Shown here: one piece after another, positions 41,672-52,770 of the stretch
Position numbering within the stretch: position 1 is the first letter of the stretch
Layout: the number at the start of each line of letters is the position of its first letter
Position numbers and translations under genes: made by a program
Source: a virus
IMG/VR virus record: IMGVR_UViG_3300050343_000212
Strand: one strand, 5' to 3'
DNA: 64,000 bases
The notes under the pieces: generated by a model
Databases searched by the model: none
What the model was told of the DNA's origin: nothing
The model's input: the letters and a program-made list of their open reading frames with translations, nothing else

Positions 41672-42618
41672 GAACCAACAACCTCGATGATACGTTGAAT
41701 TTCAGATTCTGTAAACCCCTGGAGCTCCAGTTCTTCTTTTTTCATCTTTGTCATGGAATCCATGGCCATACGACGCTTAAACTGTTTGTCAGCTTCCTTG
41801 GTGTCACCCTTTGACTGAGCCATCATGTCCTTATTATAAGCTTTGTTCTTTTGAGAATCAACCTTTGCCTTATTCATAGGCATATAACCCTCTTTCTTGA
41901 ACTGAGGATGGTCATCAAGTTTCATACCACGTTTCTTCTCAAGACGTGCTTTCTGTTCTGCAGAATTATTACCTCTAATGTTCTTCTTATCAGAAAGAGC
42001 TTTCTTCATTGGCTCTTTCTTATTTCCATCCTTATCAAAATCAAGGTAATCTGGTTTAGCACCTTCACTCATTCTCTTGGCTACGTTGACAGCTCCACGA
42101 GCTACCTTCATAGCTCCTTTCTTGAGCATTGACTTGATACCACTCTTAGCCTTAGCCTTCATCTCAGAACCTTTTCTCTGAGCCTGAGCTGACATGTTCT
42201 TAGTTGTCTGACCAGCTCTTCTAGCCTTCATCTTAGCATTAGCTTTAGCGTCTCTATATGCCCCATATGCTTTGACTGCACCTTTAGCAGCTTTCGACTT
42301 GACCGTGCCAATGGCTGACTTCAAACCTCTCTCCAATCTATCTGTCTTTTTGGCTTTAGTACCAGCGGTATCGTGACCGTAAGTTACTTTAGCTTCTGAA
42401 ATGACTGTGGTGAAGATTGCTTCACACTCTTCTACTGTATAACCTTCGTCCAGAAGTTCACCAAGTGCTTCTTCACAAAGATCCTCAAGTTCTTCATCAT
42501 TGATCCCAGAGAGGTCCATTTCAGCGATCTCGTCTCTTTTCGCTGTTAGTTCTTCTCTAGCTTCGGTACTATGGACAGCGCTGTACGCTTCCATAAAATT
42601 ACGCATAGATGCAGACAT
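41659..42618 (-). CDS. Lys/Ala/Met-rich hypothetical protein with acidic N-terminus
   Basis: PDYLDFDKDGNKKEPMKKAL motif; late promoter TATAAATA at 42647-54. Confidence 0.7.
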   Translation of the reverse strand: MSASMRNFMEAYSAVHSTEAREELTAKRDEIAEMDLSGINDEELEDLCEEALGELLDEGYTVEECEAIFTTVISEAKVTYGHDTAGTKAKKTDRLERGLKSAIGTVKSKAAKGAVKAYGAYRDAKANAKMKARRAGQTTKNMSAQAQRKGSEMKAKAKSGIKSMLKKGAMKVARGAVNVAKRMSEGAKPDYLDFDKDGNKKEPMKKALSDKKNIRGNNSAEQKARLEKKRGMKLDDHPQFKKEGYMPMNKAKVDSQKNKAYNKDMMAQSKGDTKEADKQFKRRMAMDSMTKMKKEELELQGFTESEIQRIIEVVGSWEN

Positions 42619-42955
42619 CTTCTTTACAATTACTATTTCCTGTCTTTATTTATAGAGTCGAGATATTCTCTTTCAGTTTGATACAGAGAAGAGGGATTGA
42701 GATAAATCTCAACTCCCTTCATTATTTCTGGTATCAACCACTCATGAATAGGAAGACACGCTTGCCAGTTCACTGGTTGAATACAGTTCATTATCACAAC
42801 AGCCCAAAAGGCGTTTAGATAGTTAATCAGTGTCGTCATCATTAAAGAAGGAACCAAATTGGCCTTTACTTCCCAGTTCCCTACTATCGATCATATCCAT
42901 AATTTCATCAAACTTTTTAGTTTGTTCCATACTCATCAAAATCTCTGATAGTTGT

Positions 42956-43346
42956 TTAACTACCAGTGGTTTCAACATCAAACTCACCACCAGGATATCG
43001 TGCTTTGAGTTTCTCTACATTCATCTCAATCACCTCATCAAAGGTTGTATCAAGTGCCATACATGCCTGAGCAAGATACCAACAGATATCACCCAGTTCA
43101 CGTTTCATATGAAAGACATTCTCTTCATTATAAGGTTTACCTTGCAAGAAGATCTTTTTTACAACTTCAGTAAACTCACCTGCTTCTGCAGATAATCCAA
43201 GAGCAGCAGTTAGAAGTTGTGAGACGTTTGCATCATTTACTTCAAGTTCACTAAGACGTGCAGCAAGAATAGGCCAGTCAAGACTTGGTTCACTAGTAAC
43301 TCCTTTTACAAATTCAAGGTACTTTTCGGTATCAACTTTAGTCATG
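42956..43346 (-). CDS. mazG: MazG nucleotide pyrophosphohydrolase (C-terminal end disrupted)
   Basis: LGLSAEAGEFTEVVKK, RELGDICWY, NVEKLKARYP. Confidence 0.93.
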
Positions 43347-43349
43347 AAA

Positions 43350-43654
43350 ATCAGGGATAAATGGTTCTTGGACAATTTGGAGGGATTGTTGGTAGGAAGT
43401 TTTTGTCCTTCTACTTCAATATATTCTACCTCTTCCCAACTACCACCAACACCACCGTCCATATTGACGACGATATCTTTAGTTGGAAGTTTGGGTCTTT
43501 CTAAAAGTTTGACCTCAACGGTTTCATAGATTGGTTTGAATTGGTAATAGTGTCCATCACCTCTTGTTCCAATAAGATTAACGGCATCTTTAATAGAACC
43601 ACAATCAGCAATCTTTTTACCAGTTGGATCAAATACAGAGTAGTATCCGTTCAA
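43350..43654 (-). CDS. hypothetical protein (in frame with mazG in this sequence)
   Basis: YSVFDPTGKKIADCGS; contains DIVVNMDGGVGGSW. Confidence 0.55.
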
Positions 43655-44635
43655 AACTTAAACCCCTCAAATGATTTCTTTGGTTTTGCTCATCGTTATT
43701 ATACTCTTCATCCTTACCACTGTCAAGAATATCATCTTGTGCAGACTGTTCACAATCATACAAACGCATCTTTGCACGATCAATACCAACACAAATCTTT
43801 TAGAGATAGTTGGATCATTATATCTATTCTTCAATTGCTTCACCAGTAATTTGTCCTAGTCCTTCGAGGTCTTCAGTAGAAATAAGGGCAAACATAAGAT
43901 CAGCAGTAGCAGGGAGACCAAAGGACTCAGAAGTGTCAGTAAGCTCAACATCAGAGCTACCATAACCAGAACGAGTGGTCTGCGTGGCAGAAACGATAGG
44001 GACGTTTGCTTCACAAGCCAGTCCTCTAAGTTCTTCAGCAATTGCTTTGACAACTGTATATGAATTGACATTGCTACCAGCGCGATATCTTGCGGAAGCA
44101 CATATATTAAGGTAATCAATGAAAATAATATCAGGTCTAAATGATTTCTTAAGTGCAAGTTCATTAAGAAGTGCCTAAAGTGTCCACTATGTGCTGATGC
44201 AGTTGGATATTCTTTAATTATAAGAGAACCTTGAGTTTTCTGCGATAGTTTTGTTACCTTTTCCTCAAACATTGTTTAGGTAGATCTGTTATCTCCTGAA
44301 TAGGTACATTGAGTAGGTTAGCATCAATTCGCTCCGCAATTTTCTCTTCAGCCATTTCAAGCGTGATGTATAATACGTTTTTCCCTCCCAGGAGTGCGGA
44401 AGCTGCCACATGACACATAAACAAACTTTTGCCGACACCAGTGCCAGCGAGAGCAATGTTAAGTGTTTTATTCGGGAGACCACCCTTCGTAATCTTGTTG
44501 AAATACTCCAGGTCGAACGGGATTCTTGTCTTCTTCACGGTGGTATGATTCATATCTTTCTTCATAATCAAGTAAGTAGTCATGTCCTACATGAGCATCA
44601 AAAGAAACTGCCAGAGCTTCTGATAGAATACTAGA
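43651..44635 (-). CDS. gp41: replicative helicase gp41 (N-terminal part missing; frameshifted)
   Basis: ALAGTGVGKS, YITLEMAEE, IFIDYLN, TSESFGLPATAD, QLKNRY. Confidence 0.92.
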
Positions 44636-45629
44636 ACTGAACTCCTCCTTTGCAATTGCATCTAGTTTCTCCATCACCTCTGGTGTGAAGTATGCTTCTG
44701 GGTCTTTGTAGATTGCTTTGGCATAGACTTTCTTACCGTCTATCTCATAACGACCTGCAACATTTTTCCAGAGACCTCCCAGTTCACCCAGTTCAAGAAG
44801 ACCATAATATCGATCAAGACCACGCTCATCGTAATAGAGACGTATGGTAACATCTTTGTTCTCCTTACTTAGACGCGACTTTGCTGTCTTAGCTTTAATA
44901 AGATTTCCAATGACTTCTGTTCCATCCTTTTCTTTCTTTTTGCTGAGATAAATGATTGTAGACGCTGCATATTTGAGACCGCTGCCTCCGCCCATTTCTT
45001 TGGTGGGAACGTATGATCCGATGACATCATAGGTATGATTGGTGACGATTAATGGAATTTTTGCTTGACCAAGTTTGAGTGTAAGCATACGGAATGCTCC
45101 CTTGACAAGTTGAGATTTGGTCATGTCCCGAACTTGCTTATCATCTAGTGCATCACGAATCTCCTTCTCTGTGGAAAGCATACCAAGAGAGTCTAACACA
45201 AACATGCAGGGTCTGCGTTCTTCTTCAGATTTTTTTAAGTATATGTCTACTGCCTTCAGTGCCTTGGTTCTAAACTCTTCAATGGTGACAACATTGACCA
45301 CCACCAAGTCGATCCATGTCTACCCCACGACTTGCGATAAGACCCTTGTTAACAGCGGCTTCAGTGTCAAAATATAGACAATAACCATCAGGATTAGAAT
45401 CAAGGAAATTCTTGACGACTGCCAAACTAAAGAAAGTTTTTCCAGTAGAAGACTCCCCAGCAATGGCAGTAATCTTATTCCCAGATACGCCACCAAATAT
45501 ACTACCTGAACAAAGTCCGTTAAAGATGTACGAACCTGTGTCCACGAAAGTTTCTGTGTCGTCGATGTCTCTTGCGAGTTTGGTATAGTCATCTCCAATC
45601 TCTTTTACAATCTCTTTTAAAAAATCCAT
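44635..45629 (-). CDS. uvsX: UvsX RecA-like recombinase (frameshifted)
   Basis: AGESSTGKT, FDTE, LDSLGML, MGGGSGLKYAAS. Confidence 0.93.
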
Positions 45630-45797
45630 TAAATAACAATTCCAAATTCTTCACGGGCAATTTTTTGTAAGGACCACCAGGATTAGCATCACGGATATCC
45701 TTAATCCTTTTCAGTTTCTGATAAAGGGCAGCATCTCCCCCGAGACGCATAGCACTAATAATAGTACCAAGTTCTTTGTCGTTAATAGGTAGTTCCA
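45629..45797 (-). CDS. small hypothetical protein
   Basis: MELPINDKELGTIISAMRLGGD. Confidence 0.55.
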
Positions 45798-46838
45798 TTA
45801 GGAGAAAAATAATTCCAGGTTTACAGTTTTTTCGACATTCCAACCAATCGCATCAAGAATTGCTTTCAGTGGTTCGACAAAGGACTTCTCAAATTGTAAG
45901 TCATAGTCGATGTACTTGTCAAGGTTAAGTTCTTTAGGGAACTCTTGAATGAATGAGATGATATTCTCATGAATAATATTTGGTTTCTTTAGATAACAAA
46001 ATTTAATCTTTTCACCATTTTTGATTAAGAATACTTGGACTCAAGTTTGTTCTTCTTGATATAATGATTAAAAAGACAATGCTCCACGACAATGAATAGG
46101 AGTTCCCTTAGAATAAATGTCAGAAGAAGATTTATACTTTACAACATCAGATACAGATCGAGGGAATGATATCTGTTCGGGTGGTAGTTTTTTAAACTCT
46201 TCACGACACTTATCAATGAATGAAATCACATCATCTTCAGTGCCAGTCATCATCAATTTGAAAGCATCCTTAATCATCTTCCTACAAGGAGCAGGTGTAG
46301 ATGATTTAACTGCTTCAATACCCATCATCTTTAGTTTAGGTTCTTCATATCGAACACCCTCACTATCCCACACATTAAGAATGTATCTTTTCTTCGCAGT
46401 CCAGATGCCACGATCAGCAATATTCTCACGCTTCATTTGCATTTTCTGGTCATATGCCGATACATACGTCGCCAGGTTCTGGTAGCATTTATCGATGTAC
46501 GGTTCCAGTTTGTCACGACAGACCATATCAAGTAACTCCACAACTTTTGCTTTGTCGCTAGACTTATTAGCAAAAAATTTATCAACAAGAGGTCCAAGAT
46601 TAAGATAAATTGAATCTGTGTCAGATGCAATTACGTAGTCCTCGTCGGTTGTAGACAACAGTTTATTTAGATACTGGTTCATCTTACTCTCAATCCAACG
46701 GATAGAGACTTGACCAGAAAGCGTAATCGCCTCCGCATTGGCCAGTTTATAGTACCTAAAATACTGATTACCGATAGCACCATAAGCAGAGTTGAGTGAG
46801 ATCTTCTTAGCCATCTGGATATTGTTGCACTTCTCCAA
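45798..46838 (-). CDS. gp43: DNA polymerase gp43, C-terminal half (gp43B-like)
   Basis: KISLNSAYG (motif B), ASDTDS (motif C), KKRY, MGIEAVKSSTP. Confidence 0.93.
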
Positions 46839-47754
46839 TAATCCATGATCTCATACCATATGGTCTATCGGCAATAATAGTCTGAGTATGTTCTACCACA
46901 TCTTGTGGTACAACTAAACAGAATCCAATACCTAGATTGAATACATTTCTCATTTCTTCCTCATCAATGTCTCCTGCCTGTTGGATCTTATTGAAGAGTT
47001 CTGGTCTCTCCCAAGAAGAGTAATCAACATCAACTGTAAGACCTGATGGAAGACACCTAGGAAGGTTCTCAGGGATACCACCTCCAGTGATATGTGCCAT
47101 ACCTAGGATAGGAACCTCATCCAATAGGTGCTGGATTAGACGAGCATAGATGGTAGTTGGTCTCAACAACTCAGGCATCTCTTTATATTTAATGTAATTT
47201 CTCCACAACATATCATTGATGAGTGTGTATCCATTACTATGAAGTCCATTACTCTCAATACCAATGACTACATCACCCGCTTGGATGTTTCTACCATCAA
47301 CAATATCATTCTTCTCTACAATACCAGTACAGAAGCCAGCAACATCATAATCATTTTGTCTGAAATGTTCTGCAGTTTCTCCACCTATTAGTTCCATCCC
47401 CGCTATTGTACAACCAACATTAATCCCATATACAATGTCGCTGACATTAGCATCAAGTGTTTTGGTAGAGACATAATCTAAAAAATATAATGGTTTAGCA
47501 CCGGAACATATAACGTCATTAACGCACATAGCAACAAGATCCTGACCAATAGTGGTGTAATCATGAGCAATCCTACAGATATTCATTTTAGTTCCGACAC
47601 CATCAGCTCCAGATACCAACACGGGTTTCTCATATCCTGATGGGATCTCCATCATTCCACTAAATCCACCGTCAATCTTAGGTGCCAGTACCTTAATGTA
47701 TTCAACAAAAGATCTACCCTTAATAATATCAACTCCAGAAGTTTTGTAGTCCAT
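46807..47754 (-). CDS. purM: phosphoribosylaminoimidazole (AIR) synthetase
   Basis: MDYKTSGVDI, GADGVGTK, DLVAMCVND, GGETAE, AHITGGG, FNLGIG. Confidence 0.96.
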   Translation of the reverse strand: MDYKTSGVDIIKGRSFVEYIKVLAPKIDGGFSGMMEIPSGYEKPVLVSGADGVGTKMNICRIAHDYTTIGQDLVAMCVNDVICSGAKPLYFLDYVSTKTLDANVSDIVYGINVGCTIAGMELIGGETAEHFRQNDYDVAGFCTGIVEKNDIVDGRNIQAGDVVIGIESNGLHSNGYTLINDMLWRNYIKYKEMPELLRPTTIYARLIQHLLDEVPILGMAHITGGGIPENLPRCLPSGLTVDVDYSSWERPELFNKIQQAGDIDEEEMRNVFNLGIGFCLVVPQDVVEHTQTIIADRPYGMRSWIIGEVQQYPDG

Positions 47755-49216
47755 CAGATTCCCCTCCGTTTCATTTCAGCTTCAATGTCAACTAATTTCT
47801 GTTTTGACTTCAACATCTTACCCTTGAAGACCTTACGATCAGCATACATCTTCTCCATCAATTCAGGCAAGAAACCCTTGGTATCTTTACGGAACATAGC
47901 TCCATTAGCACAGACAGCATAGTCGCTATAAAGTTCAAAGTTAAGTTTCTCACCTAGGATCTTGTCCACTGTGACACTAGGATGTTTTTCACTCATGAGT
48001 GTTTCGGGAGAGATATTATACTGCATCATCAGGTGAGGATACAGAGAGTTCAAGTCAAAGGATACCACATATTCATAAACACCTGGTTTAGGTTCTTTAA
48101 CATAAGCCCCAGCAAACTTATCACTCTTCTCAGATGTATTCCTAGGTGGAATGACAATATTTCTCTTCTTGAGATAGTTGTAGATAATCGTATCCCACAT
48201 ACGGACTTGAGCCATAGGATCAATGAAGTTCACCTTTGCATCAAATGCCATGGTGATGACCAACTCAATCAGTTTCATTTTGTCTTCCAAACGGTCAACA
48301 AGTTCCACGTCTTTGATGTTGTAATCAATGAACTTCTTCCAGTTTCCCCTATAGAAATCCTTAAAAGTATCAAACTCACTGTGGTCTAGTTTCTTCTGTC
48401 CTAGTTCAACCTCAGCAATAAAGTCCAATCTATAGGACTCACGATTCACATAAGTAAATTTCTTATAGAGTTCCAGGTAGTCAAGTGTAGTAACACCAGA
48501 AATCGAATAGACATTATATTCACGACCAGAGATACCAATCACCTGATGATCTACCATCTTCCAGGGTGAAAGTTGTTTCATTTTCTTATCACCCATGATT
48601 CGTGACATACGACCACAGAGATATGGAATATCATATAGACGAACATTCCAACCAGTGATCACATCAGGAGTATTCTGTTCCCACCAATACAAAAAAGATT
48701 CAAGCATAGCAATCTCATCACTATGATAATGATAAGTCACATTATTCTGTGAGGGGGTATATGGATGACGACCCCAGGTAGTAATCTGTTTAGTAGTATA
48801 ATCTTGAATTGAGATAGATAACATCTCCTCAGAACATGAATCAGGACTAGGGAATCCCATCTTCAGACTGTACCTCAATATCCATGGTGACCAGTCCAAT
48901 CTTGTTTCAGATCAAACTTGATCTCCTGCTCAGGATACTTATCAGAAATATATTGATACTGATATCTCTCATTCCCATAAACCTTAAATCCCTCTACACC
49001 ATCATACTTTTTGATGAAGTCTCTGCAGTCTCTTACCAATCCAGGTTTGATGGGTTCAACATGTTCACCCTCAAGTGTACGGTACTTGGTCTCTCTCTTA
49101 GATTTTACAAAAAGAGTGGGAGAATACTTCTCTTGGAACATCACTTTTTGCCCATCCTCATATCCACGGACGAGAAAATTGTTTCCGATCATCTGGACGT
49201 TGGTATAAAACCTCAC
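47754..49216 (-). CDS. gp43: DNA polymerase gp43, N-terminal half (gp43A-like; one frameshift near 48890)
   Basis: Exonuclease TGWNV and YNIKDV; motif A SFDLNSLYP; ends KRRGI-stop before motif B. Confidence 0.93.
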
Positions 49217-49485
49217 TTCAATAGATCCTCATACTTTGTTTTCAATTTACTATTGGGTACAACAATGGTCAAAACTTTATCAGAACTGATCATAAAATCA
49301 TTTTGAATTGTCAGGTTCATTAACCATGGAGATAATTCTTCTCCATTAACAATAAAAGGTTCAATCAACTTACAATCTGGTTCTCCCAGTTCTGATGGTT
49401 TCTCCTCAATCTGACTGATCAGAATCTGATTGTTCACTAGTACCAGAATCCTGATGTTGTTCAATACCGGCAATTCCTCGCTCAT
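49213..49485 (-). CDS. hypothetical protein
   Basis: ELGEPDCKLIEPF. Confidence 0.65.
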   Translation of the reverse strand: MSEELPVLNNIRILVLVNNQILISQIEEKPSELGEPDCKLIEPFIVNGEELSPWLMNLTIQNDFMISSDKVLTIVVPNSKLKTKYEDLLK

Positions 49486-49759
49486 AAGTCTCCTTTAATT
49501 CGTCAATTGGTTCAGTAATAGTTATAACCCAATCAGCTACTACAGAAATAGTTTCCTCTTTACTGAGTGGCATCCAAGGTGTCAATCTCATTTTGAATGG
49601 TTCCTTTGCAGGTCCAGACCGATCAGCCTGATTACCCATCAACTTGACCACACAAGGATACTTGAGAAAGTATCCAACTACCTGATCGTGAGCAACCATT
49701 TCGGTCATGTCGGCAATTACATCTTCACCAGACTTCAATAAACAAAGTTTGATAGTCAT
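49406..49759 (-). CDS. hypothetical Sm-like beta protein
   Basis: MTIKLCLLKSGEDVIAD. Confidence 0.7.
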   Translation of the reverse strand: MTIKLCLLKSGEDVIADMTEMVAHDQVVGYFLKYPCVVKLMGNQADRSGPAKEPFKMRLTPWMPLSKEETISVVADWVITITEPIDELKETYERGIAGIEQHQDSGTSEQSDSDQSD

Positions 49760-49781
49760 TTATATAAAATTTCCTCTAGTC

Positions 49782-49826
49782 ATTTTACTGCATAAAAAAG
49801 GGGGTGTCAACTGGATTGTGCCAGTT
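49782..49826 (-). promoter_or_regulatory. sigma70-type promoter with box half-site
   Basis: TTGACA(49805-10)-17-TAAAAT(49782-87); half-site TGCCAGTT at 49819-26, 31 nt from the -10. Confidence 0.65.
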
Positions 49827-49979
49827 CCGTAGCTCCTTTAAAAGCGAGTTTGTGTTTTGTGGACCCCGAAGGCATCCATACTTATTTATAACACAAAACA
49901 AAAAAAGAGGAACGGTGATAACCGAACCTCTTTATATGGTGTTCCGACTTTCGTAGAGACCGCACGAAAGGTCTCAGTC

Positions 49980-50421
49980 TTATTTAGATTCTTCTTCTTG
50001 AGGTTTAGTCTTCTTACCAATATTATACTTCTGCTCCAAATCCAATCGTTTTTGTCACGATATGGAAAACTTTGATTTGATTCAGTGGAGCAATATCTGA
50101 ATACTATCTTCATTTACAACTGAGATAAGTCCCCAGTCAGCAAGAAGACGAGTAATACGATTCCTACGCTGAACATCATTAACAGTAAGGTTAGCGTATT
50201 TACCATCAAGGGCAAACAACTCCTTAAAGTGCACGATGTAGTATTTACCCTGCTTATGCAAAATATGACAAGATTGATAAAGTTTCTTTTCTTTTCTTGA
50301 AGCAACTCCAATTCTTGTTAGGGTTTCTCTTACTTTAAGGAAATCATCAGGTTCATTTAAGAAGACCTCAATCATTTTATCTTGAGACCAGGAAACCTGT
50401 AGGTTCATCTGTTTGTGTCAT
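49980..50421 (-). CDS. regA: translational repressor RegA (frameshifted)
   Basis: DDFLKVRETLTRIGVAS, LYQSCHILHKQG, VHFKELFALDG. Confidence 0.95.
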
Positions 50422-50806
50422 TTTTTGCCACCAATGTCAAGTCGTTGTTTAATGTAGTTGAATTGTTCAGTTTGATAAAATTTTCAGAGCTTGAGATGCT
50501 TTCTCATTACTATAACCATAGTATTGTTTAACAATGTCTAAATCTGATACTTTATCCTTCCGGATCCAAGGAGAAAATCTCTTTCTCTTTCTCAGAGATA
50601 TTTAGATAAAATTTATATTGCATATCTTTATCTAAAAAATGATACCTATTCATTTCATTGGCATAAAGAACAGTATCAAGATGACCTGACAGACATTTGT
50701 TAATAATAAAGGGGGGATATGACTTGATGACATGTTCATCATCTTCAGTAAGATCATTCTTATTGAAGTTAATAGAGTTCAGCCAATCCTTCAGTTCAGG
50801 TTCCAT
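50418..50806 (-). CDS. gp62: clamp loader small subunit gp62 (frameshifted)
   Basis: YPPFIINKCLS..ANEMN; KQYYGYSNEKA in the second frame. Confidence 0.88.
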
Positions 50807-51102
50807 TAATTAAAGAAAATTTGAAAGTGCAATGGGTCGTATGGAACTCCATGATACCATTTTTTGCCATGATGTCCTCTTCCAGGTCCATTGTGTGAAT
50901 GTTTATGACAATGACTATATCCATATCTATCGTGATAATGACAATGTCTATGGGTCACACCGTGAAAATGATGGCGATGACCAACTCGTCGAGTTGCAAC
51001 TCGTGGTCGATGAGCCCTTGGTGGATCATGAATTGATACTTTATGAGCAAAAAGCTGGAGTAGTTAGGAAAATACTACCGGCCAGTACTAAAAATAATTT
51101 CT

Positions 51103-51393
51103 TCATAGAATTAGTTTCTTACTAGGTGTTTTAATTTTGTTTGGATCAAAGATATTCTCGTAATTATCTACGATCTCCTCTCTAGCATCACACATATAAA
51201 CGATGTGTTTTTTGTCAACCTTGAGAGTTGTATCCTCCTTTTGGAGAACAGACCAGGGACCAAATCCAACTTGACCACTTGGAGAGGGTAGAGCAATCAA
51301 TGGATTCTCAACCTCAATACAAGTTTCGTTCTCATCAATTAGAGTACAAATTACCTCCTCACCGGAGATCATACGAAATACTTTTACATTCAT
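51103..51393 (-). CDS. hypothetical Sm-like protein
   Basis: MNVKVFRMISGEEVI. Confidence 0.7.
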   Translation of the reverse strand: MNVKVFRMISGEEVICTLIDENETCIEVENPLIALPSPSGQVGFGPWSVLQKEDTTLKVDKKHIVYMCDAREEIVDNYENIFDPNKIKTPSKKLIL

Positions 51394-51668
51394 TTTTCAA
51401 TACCTTTAGGGAACTCTTCAATCTCTACTAAATCATAATCCCAGTCTTCCATGACTGCATTGGCAAGAAATCTATCAGAAAGCATTTCTAATTCCTTCTC
51501 AGCATACTCTCTAGTCTCTGCCTCCAACCAAACATCAACCACCTTACCAAGTCTGAGTTTCTTGATATCTAAATCGGACAATCTCTTACAACAATCTCTC
51601 ACAGCATTACCAGGAGAGTCATCAACCTGTGACCTCAGACGGATGAATACTAAAGCTTTGAATTTCAT
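51390..51668 (-). CDS. purS: FGAM synthase subunit PurS
   Basis: VRLRSQVDDSPGNAV-like N-terminus, LRLGK, LANAVMED match PurS (DP.G, R.GK, LAN..E). Confidence 0.8.
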   Translation of the reverse strand: MKFKALVFIRLRSQVDDSPGNAVRDCCKRLSDLDIKKLRLGKVVDVWLEAETREYAEKELEMLSDRFLANAVMEDWDYDLVEIEEFPKGIEK

Positions 51669-51822
51669 TTCAGTGCTTGAGAAAGAAGATTGGTCAAATC
51701 AGAAGTTTGTTGTGCCATTATTCTGTATCCTGTACCAACATAAAGTTGTCCAAGAAGAACAACGAGGGTCATAGTACTCCAGAAGTAATAATACATTCTA
51801 GATTTCTTTTGTCTTGATTTGG

Positions 51823-52770
51823 TCATTTGAATTCACACTCTACCATAATTTCAGTTAAACAAGCGAGAATATTTATCTCTTGATCAGCCACGAACGAACT
51901 TTGATACTGGTACTTAGCGATAATAAGGACAGCTGCAGCAACACCAGGGCCTTCAAGATTGTTATAGCAGGCATCGTATATGCTACGAAGAAGAACAGCG
52001 GGATCGTTATCAAGATTATTAACAACCCACTTACGGACGCTAGAAAAGTCTTTTTCCTTAAGTCTTTTGAAGAGGTCATCAGTTTTTACTAACGCGAACG
52101 AAGCGAGTATACCTGAGTCGATTTTTCCCCCTGACGAATACCTTTGAACTTCGTTGAGTACTCTTCTCCAGTCTGGGAAATGTTTGTTGATAAGTTCTGC
52201 AAGGACTTTTGCGTCATATCCAACAGATTCTTGATCCAGGATTTGTTGGAGTCTTTTGAAAAACTTTCCTGCAAGTTCCTGTCTTTCTTTTCCCTTAATG
52301 GCAAAGTCAATGACTGCACATCGGGAGTGGAGGGGAGCAACGATCTTGTTTTTGTAGTTGCAGGTGAAGATGAATCGACAGTTGCCAATAAACTCCTCAG
52401 TAAACGCCCGTAAGGCAAGTTGTACATCTGGGGTTGTGTTATCTGCTTCGTCAATGATGATGACTTTGTGTTTAGCAGTTGACGAAAGCGATACGGTCGA
52501 AGCGAAATTCTTCGCATTGTTTCTGACAGTATCAAGGAATCTCCCTTCATCGGATCCATTGATGACATAAACATCTACTCCAAGTTCGTTACATAGGGCT
52601 TTAGCGACAGTGGTTTTTCCACATCCAGGAGGACCAGATAAGAGAAGATTGGAAACCTCACCTTTATCTAGGAAAGCTTTGAATGTATTCTTAATGTTGT
52701 CAGGAAGAATACATTCCTCAATAGTCTTAGGTCGATACTTCTCAACCCAGACAAACTCATCACGACTCAT
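51823..52770 (-). CDS. gp44: clamp loader large subunit gp44
   Basis: WVEKYRP, GPPGCGKTT, IIDEAD, SRC. Confidence 0.96.
   Translation of the reverse strand: MSRDEFVWVEKYRPKTIEECILPDNIKNTFKAFLDKGEVSNLLLSGPPGCGKTTVAKALCNELGVDVYVINGSDEGRFLDTVRNNAKNFASTVSLSSTAKHKVIIIDEADNTTPDVQLALRAFTEEFIGNCRFIFTCNYKNKIVAPLHSRCAVIDFAIKGKERQELAGKFFKRLQQILDQESVGYDAKVLAELINKHFPDWRRVLNEVQRYSSGGKIDSGILASFALVKTDDLFKRLKEKDFSSVRKWVVNNLDNDPAVLLRSIYDACYNNLEGPGVAAAVLIIAKYQYQSSFVADQEINILACLTEIMVECEFK

Noticed and set aside
42956-43654. MazG with a novel N-terminal extension
   Set aside because: MazG has its own ATG (MTKVD); the linker looks like an intergenic region read through by an indel
44468-45307. UvsX-gp41 fusion protein
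   Set aside because: The join drops the helicase N-terminal domain and matches the other apparent deletion junctions
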